Origin: Proteromonas lacertae
Taxonomy: Eukaryota
Direction: 5' to 3'
DNA length: 64,000 nt
Assembly: GCA_002245135.1 (NCBI GenBank)
Contig: NGBS01001162.1
Span: 62,001-126,000 of the forward strand
Below are positions 49,707-60,209 of the stretch, one piece after another. The notes beneath the pieces were generated by a model. It saw only the letters and a program-made list of their open reading frames with translations, was not told where the DNA came from and did not search any database. Position 1 is the stretch's first letter. Each line of letters starts with the position of its first letter. The position numbers and the translations under genes were made by a program.

Positions 49707-50523
49707 GTAAAGAATAAATTAAGCTTATTAAATAAAGATATTAAAAAGAATGATAAAGAATGAGTTAAATGAATAAGAAATAAGAGATAGTAATTATGTC
49801 ATTAAATGTAATTTACATGTTTCTTTTTTATTCATTTTTCTTATTCCACAAAACCGATATTAAAGGAATACTTTTTTAGAAATAAATATTATTAACTATT
49901 TATTGTATATAGTCAATATCGTATTAAGTAATTTGTATGAATAATACTTACAACATTACTCAATAGAATTTATAAATGTTGGTCCTACACTTACTTTGGA
50001 AGAAGGAATCATCCAATCATATCCATAATTGATTATAATGCTTTTCAATGGGTTTTTCATACAATTAACATTTCTTCCACAGAGTTTGCATTTACAAATG
50101 TCAATCGTTTCATATGACCATTCATTAGATATGATTAACCAAGCATCCAGATAGTATTTACCATACACACTTTTAATATATATTTGAATATTTTTGGAGT
50201 ATCTAACTATAAATATTATTTCTTTTAGATTTAGGTTTTTAACATAATCTTCATACATGATTTGATATTCAGTATAGTTTTTATTACAGAGTTTAAATTT
50301 ATCAGTTAATTTTACATATGTAGAATTTAATTTCATTCTATTGATAGGTTTAAATTCATCACATCCAAATATGTGTGTATTTAGCCAGATAGGAATTATA
50401 ATATCAATATCATGATCATTAGCCTTTAGAATACCATCTCTGTATGCTTGAAGCTCTGTACCGAAATGCAATAAAATATGTAATATTCAACTTATCGACA
50501 GTATCAAACATAACATTACAAGA
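49326..50523. repeat. About 177-bp near-identical direct repeat (49326-49502 vs 50346-50523) inside the LicD paralogs
   Basis: Base-by-base comparison shows one substitution and one 1-nt indel, while the flanks are clearly diverged. Confidence 0.9.
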
Positions 50524-50694
50524 TTGCTTAACTTCTTTATCATAATTCGTCTTATTATTCACTACATTCCACAGACATTTATTAAATGTAAGTAATTTGT
50601 TGTTAATATGACTGGTTTTGATGGAATCATGTTTAAATAAATAAAAGGAAAGTATACACACTGCAAGAATAAATAATAATAAATAAATAATCAT
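49956..50694 (-). pseudogene. LicD-family nucleotidyltransferase, copy 2, with 1-nt frameshift (possibly an assembly artefact)
   Basis: ORFs 50419-50694 and 49956-50471 overlap in different frames. One extra base in GCATTTCGGTACA (about 50461) separates YFIAF from GTELQAYRDGILKANDHDIDI; C-terminal NYGYDWMIP motif. Confidence 0.7.
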
Positions 50695-50831
50695 ATGTTA
50701 AGGAATAATACAAGCCACACAAAATAAAAAATTAGAATGTAAATTACATGTAAATTACATTCTAATATTTTCATTATTTCACCAAAAACATAATTACATA
50801 AAATAATATAGTTATATAATAATAATTAGAA

Positions 50832-53800
50832 TTAGAATATTTTGCCAAATGAAGATTTTCTTCCATTGTCACTTCTAGAATTAGCTGATCCTGTTCTTCC
50901 CAAAGCTATAGATGAAGAAGCTCTTCTTGATCTTTGAGATAATAGGAAATTATTTTGGAATGAATATTCACCTGCTTCAGATCTACCTAATTGTGGGAAT
51001 AATTTAGCTGGAATAAATCTAACCAACTGATATACAACCCATGTAAAAGCACCAGCAATTATACATATACCATGATACGTACCATCTAAAGATTTCACAC
51101 TTAATGCTTTCCCTCCTACTTCAACTATTAAAAACTGTAAGCCTGTAGTTACAATAATAACACCTATGAATATTTTATTACTCCAAACATTGCCGAATAT
51201 ATTCCATTCACTATTAATCTTTCTACAATTCACTTCATTGAATAATTGCATCAACGTAAACATATGAAATACAACCGTTAAATGAACGGATGGATCAGAT
51301 CCTGGACCTAATTTTGTACCAATAGGAACACCTAAAATATCTTGTCCTCTGAATACAATAAACATAATAACTACTAATTGATATACTATTTGTGATATTA
51401 TATTTCTCATAATTGTGGGAGAAATGATTGATTCAGTTTTACTATTCGGTTTTCTTAATAATAATGTTTCAGTTGGCATTTCAGTTCCTAAAGCTGTACC
51501 AGCCATTGTATCCATAATTATATTAAACCATAATATCTGAACAGCTGTTAATGGTGATTCTTTAATCACACATGCAGATATAAATGTTAAACCTAATGCA
51601 GAATATGCAGCTGATAATTGGAATGATAAAAATCTTCTAATATTTTCATATACATTTCTACCCCATCTAACAGCAGCTACAATGGATGCAAAATTATCAT
51701 CCATTAGAATAATATCACAAGCTTCTTTTGCTATGGTAGTACCACTTATACCCATTGCAAAACCAACGTTTGATTTAGCTAAAGCAGGACCATCATTTGT
51801 ACCATCACCTGTTACTGCTACAACTTGTCCTCTTTCCATTAAACCACTTACTAATAAATGTTTATCGGTTGGAGCTGATCGAGCCATAACTTGAAGATTA
51901 TGTAAATAATTATCAAATATATATTGATTCTTTATGACATAATATTTCTGTTCAGCGGCTTTATTGTTTCTTTCTTTTTCAGACATCTGATATCTACATC
52001 CTCTTTGTTTACATTCTTCAGTACATTTCGTTTTACCTCCTCTTTTATTAATGGCCTCTTCACTCCAACTACAACAATATAAATCATCTTTATGTCCAAC
52101 TATTGATGGATAATCGTAGTGTGTAGGATATTTGGCAGTTCTATAACCTGATTTATAAGCAGGATCACTGGATAAGTCTTTACAATGACACTCATGATCG
52201 AAATGTGGTGGTAAAACAAATCCTCCAACTTGTTCTCTAAATACTGTACCAGTAACACATATTCCATTTCCATTGTATATATTACACTGTTTAGCAATAC
52301 ATTTAGCTGTATCTAATGAATCGCCAGTTACCATTCTTACAGCTATTCCTGCTTTTTGACATTTTAATACACATTCTGGTACTTCTGGTCTTATTGGATC
52401 TTGTACTCCAATCAAACAGATTAATGTTAAGTCTTCTTCTACTTTTGGACAATAACCTACTCCCTTTTGATCTGTAGATTTATATTCAATCATTTCTTTC
52501 CAATCATTTACTTCATTTTCATCATCATAGTCTTTATAACCCATTGCAATAACTCTTAAACCTGTTTTTGACATTGGTTTTATACATTTATTCATTACCA
52601 TAAACCTAGTACCACTACCATCAGCTGTACCATCACTATTTTCATAGAAATTTCCATCTAATTCCTTCATTTCCATATCCTTAGTAATTATTCTATTGGA
52701 TAATCTTAATAACATATCTGGAGCACCTTTTACATATACTCTATATTTACCATTTGGTAATCTGATTACTATAGATGATCTTTTACGATTTGAATGGAAT
52801 GGGAAACAACTAATAATTCCTGTGCTTGTTTGATCAACTTTATTATCTAATAACGGGAACTTCTCTCTAACAGTTTTATAATCAATTCCTAAATCTTTAC
52901 AGAAATTCAATAATGCAATATCTAATGAACTACCAATTCCTCTTTCTTTACCATCTTCTTTTATATCAATAAATGCATCATTATTGAGTATACTATCTTC
53001 TATAAATAATTCACGTAAACCATTTGGTAATTCCTTTATTGCTTTAATGAAGTTATCTCTTTCTTCTTTTGATAAGGATTCATATTTATTCATATATTTG
53101 GTTTGGTCTTTTTCTTTAGTATCTAGAATCCAACTCTGCATTACAGTCATTTGTCCTTTTGTTAATGTCCCTGTCTTATCACTACAGATTGTAGTAGCAC
53201 CACCCATTGTTTCACAAGCATTTAAATGTCTCACTAAATTATGATCAGTCATCATTCTTTTTACTGAGTAAGCTAATGCAATAGATACAGCTAATGGTAA
53301 ACCTTCTGGTATAGCTACCACCAATACAGCTATACCAGCAATTACAAAGTTAATTAATGAAGTCCAATTAGACATTGTCCATTCAGGATCACCATTTTCA
53401 TCAATAGTACCATCACCATTTGCATATTCAACTATATGAGTAATGAACATAATAATGACGGTTAAACCAGCAGCAATACCACCTAATATTGATAGTTGAC
53501 CTGCTAATGTATCTAATTTCATTTGTAATGGTGTTTGATCTGTATGATCATTAGTGATTAAATCTTTCATTTTACCATATACACTGTTATGACCAACAGC
53601 TACAACTATACAAGTCATTTTACCGTCAAAACATTCCGAGCTTGACACTATAAATGGATGTTCATGATCTTTCTTTAATTGCTCACTTTCTCCTGTTAAT
53701 TTTGATTCGTCCATTTTGATATTATCACCTGAAACATATAATGCATCTACTGGTACATTATTTCCACCTGTTATTATCATTATATCACCAACTACAATGT

Positions 53801-54449
53801 CATCGATTAATATTGTCTTCTCTATACCATCTCTTATTACAGATACATCTCTCTTGTTGTTTTCTGCATTGAGTTTTAAGAATTGACGATCTTTTTGCCA
53901 ATCATTGATTGCACCTACATTTAATACTATTACTACAGCTAGAAGTATGACAAAACCATCTAACCATCCTGTTTCTATACCTTCTCCTATGATTCCTGTT
54001 ACTATTGATACTGCCCCTGCGATTGTTAAGGCAATTAAGGTCATATCGTGATAACCTTCCCACAATAACTGTAGATATGAAACTGGATTACGAATTTCTT
54101 GCTTGTTTGAGCCATATTTTCTAATTCTTTCTTCTTCAGTAGCTTGAGTAGTTGTCAAACCCTAAGAAAAAAATAATAATTCAAGAATACATTTTTTAAA
54201 TCGCTGCCTAAAACCTTAGCGATGTTTTCAATACCACCAAAAGCTTGAACGGTCTTGTAACCTTCTTTATTCTCCCAGTTAAATAATGAATTTTTATTAT
54301 TAGCTGTAGGAGCAGACAGTTCTTCAGCAGAATAGCAAAATTTCTGTTAATAAACATAAATAATGACAATATACTGAGCTTGAGAATTTCACCACCGTTT
54401 CCTTCTCTTTTAAATTGATATCCACCATCTCAATAGCTTGTTCATTCAT
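50832..54449 (-). CDS. PMCA: Plasma-membrane-type Ca2+-transporting P-type ATPase (P2B, PMCA)
   Basis: ATG at 54449 and two 5' introns join to ORF 50832..54158. Motifs LTGES, QTPLQMKL, VVAIPEGLPLAV, ICSDKTGT, KGAP, MVTGD, VTGDGTNDGPAL, QILWFNIIMDT, QLFNEVNCRKI. Confidence 0.97.
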
Positions 54450-54587
54450 TGTTTTAAAAAAAAAGATGAATGAAACGGCTCTATTCGAATCTTTATAATT
54501 CAATTCAGGCAGTATTTGTTGTACATTTATTTATTTTATTATTTTAAAATTACATCACAAACAAAAGGCAACAATTTAATCTAAAAT

Positions 54588-57500
54588 TCAAAGACTCTTA
54601 CTAATTTCTATATCAAAACCGTCAATTCCACATATTGGGCAGAGTTTATCATTATCAAGTATTGCTTTACATCTCAAACAAAATAAATGCTTACAAGGGA
54701 AGAACAATATCTTACAGTAATTCATTCCACATCTTTCACATATAGGCAACTATATTAACAAAAATAAATAGATAAAATATACTTCATTTGCATGTTCTCT
54801 TTCAAATACAGTATTTCCTTCAAACAGTGAATATGGTTTACTATAATCTACTTCATTATTACTATCTATTGAAGGTAATACAATCGGTGTATAAGAATGT
54901 AAATATTGTAATGAAGATGGTGATGTCTCAATAACTTCATCTTTAGGAATAGCTTGTGGTGTATATGAGTTATAATCAAAGTACGTATTATCAAATATAT
55001 ATTGTTGATTTTGTAGATTGTCAGTTGGATATGAAACAGGAATTTGTGTCTGTTGCTGCTGTTGTTGTTGTTGTTGTTGAGGAGGAGGTGGTAGAGGTGG
55101 CTGCGTCTGATAAACCATTTGATTCATTTCAGGAAGCAAAGACATATTTGGATAATAATAAGACAATTGCTGAAGTAATTGCTGTTGAATTATAGGATTA
55201 GGAATATCATGATTAGGAGTATATTGAGTAAAAGGATTGAATTGAATTTGATTATCTGGAATAACTTGTTCAAACTGATACTGTGATTGAATTTGTTGAA
55301 TATGTTCAATCGGTAATTGCTGTTGTAATTGATGCATTTCTGGTGTATGTATTTGTTGAATAGGCTGTTGTTGAATGATTTCTTGTTGTTGAATTGATGA
55401 TGACTCAACTATCTGCTTCATTGTTTCATTCTGCTGCTGCTGCAGCTGCTGTTGTTGTTGTTGAGATGGATGCAGAATTGGCTGTTGCTGAGTAGGTTGC
55501 ATCTTTTGAATCACTTCTTGTTGATTCTGTTGTGGTTGATTATCTGAATCATTATTACTTTCAATTACTTTCATTTCTACATTTTCACTTTTTCTATTAT
55601 CATTACTATTTGATTTACCAAATATCGCATTTATATCTACTGGTCTAAATTGATTCAACGAAGGAGATGATGTTTGTAATTTACTGTCATTCTGTTGACA
55701 CAAAGGAGGAGGAGTTGATACTTTTGGTATTATGACACTATCTTCGGATACTATTTCCTTTTTATCATTTTCTAAATAAATTGGTTCAGATGATACTATT
55801 GATAACTTTGGCTTTTCTTTTTCCTTTGCTTTTTCCATTTCTTTTTCCATTTCTTTCTCTTTTCTTTCTCTTTCTTCTTCTTTCTCGTTTACTATTAGAG
55901 AATTAATTGATGTTGTTACACATAGTTTTATATTATTTTCTTCACTTCTTTCATCTACTTCTTTCATTTGTCCTTCAAGTGGGAATAAAGGTTCTATTAT
56001 TTTCAATTGTATTTCATCATCTTTCTTATCTTCAATATTCTCTTTTTCTTTCAGTTTTTCACTCAATTTATCAATTTCCTTTTTCAATTCTTCTTGAGTT
56101 TCTTTTTGTTTAGTAATATTATTATTGTTATTCTTATTTCTATTGTTGTTTCTTCTCTTCTTTCTGGACTGATTATTCATTTTTGGAGTTTGTTGTTGAG
56201 ATGTTGTAGCTGAAGATGATGAAGATGGAGGTGGATTATTATTATTATTCTTTTGTTGTTTTATTGATGGAGTAAGTTTTTCAGATTCTTTTATAACTGG
56301 TTTATCATTCATCTCTGTTTCTTTAGGGTTTTCAATTGGTATACTTTCATTTTTATCCTTCTCTTTTTCTACTTCTTTTTCAGCTATTTCTCTTTCTTTA
56401 TCTTTATCTTTAATCTTATTAATAGGTATTGTTTCAATCTTATCAATTATCAATCTAATTTCTCCATCTTCTATCTTCTTATCATCATCATCATCTTTAT
56501 CACTCTCTAATATTATTTCTCCTTCTTCTGCGAATAATTCTTCATCTCCACTAGCTAATTCACCTTCTTCTCTTTCATCATTATCATCAAATTCATATTT
56601 TACATCTTCGTCATCTTCACTATTCTTATCATCTTCTTTTAAATCATGCAACAGTCTTTCTGGAGTAATATCCATCAAATCATCGCTTGATATTAAATCT
56701 TCTATATTATACTCAAAGAATGATTGAGGCATTGAATTTTGATTACTTCTTATTAATCTCAACGCATCAATCACTTTATCAAATGTTTTAATATCAAAAG
56801 GACTAGTTAAAAGTGTAGCTTCATAATCAGATAAGCTGCTACTAAAGTCACTAATATTTTTTTCACTTTCATTTTCTTTCTTTTTGTTTGATTGTTTTGT
56901 TGTTGATGTTGAAGTTGTTGAAGGTGGTGGAGGTGGTTCTTTTTGTTGCTGTTGTTGTTGATCATTATTGTTATTGTTGTTATCTTTATTACCACTCTTT
57001 CCTTTCTTTTTACCCTTTTTATTCTTCCTTTTATTATTTTTTTTATTCTTTGCTTTTCTTTTAGCTTCTTCCTCTTCTTCTTGAACTAATAATACAGCCA
57101 TTTCATCTGCCAAATATTGTAATTGTCTTTTATTATATCCTTCATATATCCTTTCTCCAATTATTCTCAATATAAAACACTCTAATATATATCTATTCTG
57201 AATCCATTCATCTGATACTATCATTGGACATTTTGGATTACTTCTGATTATTTTCCTGAATATCTATTCATTTATAGTATTATATAAGATATACAAATGT
57301 TGGAGATGTATCTGAACAAATATTATTTCTATATCTTTCTCCAATTTCACTCATAACTTTAAATGTATCAATATTTCTATATTCTTTCTTTACATAAAAT
57401 GAAAAAGTAGATGGATCGTAATTGATTCTTGCAGTAAATATTTCATTCTCATTCCCAAACAATATTTGTCTGTGAATGCTCCAAAAATGATCTTGATATC

Positions 57501-59787
57501 CTCTACATAATAAATTCTTATTGGTTATTATCCAACTCATTTCTTGCTCACCTTCTCTTAATTCAACAAAATATTCATAAACATCTTTATAAGGGAATTT
57601 CTCTGGGAATTTATTGGATCGAAGTTCATTTGGTTTTATTTCACTCCATATATTATAAACAGGGTTTCTATCAGTACTATTCATACAATAAAATGCTATA
57701 GAAAATTATACTTAATAATATGTTTTGATATAAATGAATTACTAATATATGGTCTCTTTTCAGGATGTTGAGGATTTTTACAACATATTTGTCTTAATCT
57801 ATCTCTTATTCCACTAATAATAACTTTATCAACACATGGTGGAATAGATTTATAATATAAATGACTTAATACTTTAACACTTCCTTCTCCTTTTACATTT
57901 TTATTACTAATTATATTTGTTCCTGAGTTATGAAGTTTATATTCTGTTAATGCACAATTTGCATCAAGAAATATTTCTCTTTTTTCCCAAAAATGATCTC
58001 TAATACAACAACATACTAATATATCAATCATTGTATTCCAAACATTCATTGTAGTATGACTCATCGATATACATTTCTTTATTTTATCACCTAAAATACT
58101 ACTTAAAGCATCTAATAATAAGTTACGATAATATGTATTAATATTATTAGATGAAGTGGATAAATCATCATCATCAGTTAAATCTGATGATTTGATATTT
58201 GAATTTGTTGATTTTTTTTTAATACAACTACTACTATTATTATCTTCATTAATTTCATTTTCTATCCATAAACCATATGTTTTGAATATTGCATAGTATG
58301 CACTTTCCTGTAATAGATTCTGTTGAAGTGCTTTTCCATCTAATGAGTTCTGTGACAATCGATACATCAGCATCAATACTTCAGCAGGATGTAAATAATT
58401 AAAAGGATATACTTTAACATCAGGAATATAAATTGGATCACCTTCTTGTAATGGGATTATTGCTTCTATTAAGACAGAGAGAATATATAAAGATGGAGGA
58501 CTAAATGAAGCATTGGGATCTGATTTGAAAGTTGGAAATACGTCTCTATATATATCAAAAACAATAATTATTAATATACTTTGCTATTATAATTCTTCTA
58601 ACCAATTCACTTTTTGTTACATCTATTGGTTTTAATCCTCTTTCATTACTCACTGTTATATCAGCTCCAGCATCAACTAATAACTTCACTATATCTGTAT
58701 TGTTACTGTAACATGCAATATGTAATGCAGTATCACCATCCTCACTATTAACGGAGAAATAACATAAATATATATATATATATATATACTTTTGAACAGT
58801 TAAATCAGGTTTATGATTCAATAATATTTCCACTATATCTTTCATTTCTGTTCTACAAGCTAACATCAGTGGAGTATTACCTAATTTCGTCTTTATATTA
58901 ATATTAGCATCCATATTTAATAATGCCATAACTATTTCTTTATTTCCATTCCAACAACTACGATGTAAAGCTGTTTCATTATCATAATTTACTCCATTTA
59001 TGTTACAATCCTTGTTATGTAATAATAAATCGACTATTTTTATTTGATTATAATTTGATGCAATTATTAATGGTGTTGCTCCTGGAAATAAACTGTGATA
59101 TGGATATATAAACAATGGTGATTTAACATTAACAGATACATTATTATTTAACAAATCAATCACACTATCTTCATCACCAACTTTACTTGATAATAAGAAT
59201 CTTGTACCTGTATCGAGTTTGTTTACATCTTCAAAATTAATAGTACATATTATAGTCAGTATTCCATTATATATGAAATTCTTTTCCAAAATTTCACTTT
59301 TTCGAAACATGTATTTAAAACCCCAAGTACTTTGACTGCTGTTAAAAACGTAATGACGATGAGTTTTACAAATCGATAGTTTAGGTTCTAACATATTCAG
59401 AATAACTATTTGAAATGTAACAATATAATCTTTCATTACATCACAATAATCACCATCTAAATTTAAATATCTATAATAAGCATATATTTGTGTATTATAT
59501 ACACTGAGGTTGATTCTATATCCCGACAAGACACCGAACTTAAGAATAAGCTCCATCCATTTGTGTTCATCAGTTCCTCCTTTGTACAACTTCTATAAGG
59601 TACTACTTATATAGTTACAAAAAAAATAAATACCAAACGGTGTTGCTTTTCTGAAATACTCATAATAATCGAATCTCCACTCCATTTGAAGTTGATTATC
59701 ACCTTTAGAAGCTATATAAATTAAAATAAACAACGGTATACTAACGCATTTAGATCCTTTTAGTGTTTTATATTCAGTAGAATCCAT
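54588..59787 (-). CDS. Multi-domain putative E3 ligase: MATH/TRAF domain, ankyrin repeats, unknown domain, charged/poly-Q region, C-terminal C3HC4 RING
   Basis: Consecutive minus-strand ORFs joined by short introns. MATH signature HYVFNSSQSTWGFKYMFRKSEILEKNFIYNGILTIICTI; ankyrins GATPLIIAS, NETALHRSC, GNTPLMLAC, GDTALHIAC. The last exon (not in the track) reads CERC...PCKHLFCLRC...CPIC with TGA at 54588-54590. Confidence 0.8.
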
Positions 59788-60209
59788 TTCAATTAGTATT
59801 TGCTTTTATGAATTATTTATTAACGATTAATCTATTAGCACTATCAGATTACTCCTAGTTGTTAATAAAACAGAAAATCATTAATAATTCAAGCTTTGAT
59901 TTCAAGCCTTTAAGTAGTTTTTCATTAAAACTGCGTAACGATAAGTCAAATGATATAAAACTATCCATTCATGTATTTTATAAGAAATATTATATAATAA
60001 GAAGCTATATAAGATTTGTAGGTGGTATTTCGTATATATTAAGAATAACGGAAGAATTCAAATGGAATTTTGATGTAAAAGTATATTTGTTAAATTTTGT
60101 AAATATATAGAAACAATGATATTTCTTCAATTAACTCATATAAAACACAACGTTTGAAATATAACTATAATAATAATAATAATAATAGGGTTGTTCAATC
60201 ATTTCTTCT

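Noticed and set aside
59859..60110. 83-aa plus-strand ORF in the intergenic gap
   Set aside because: Non-ATG start, no motifs, AT-rich promoter/UTR composition.
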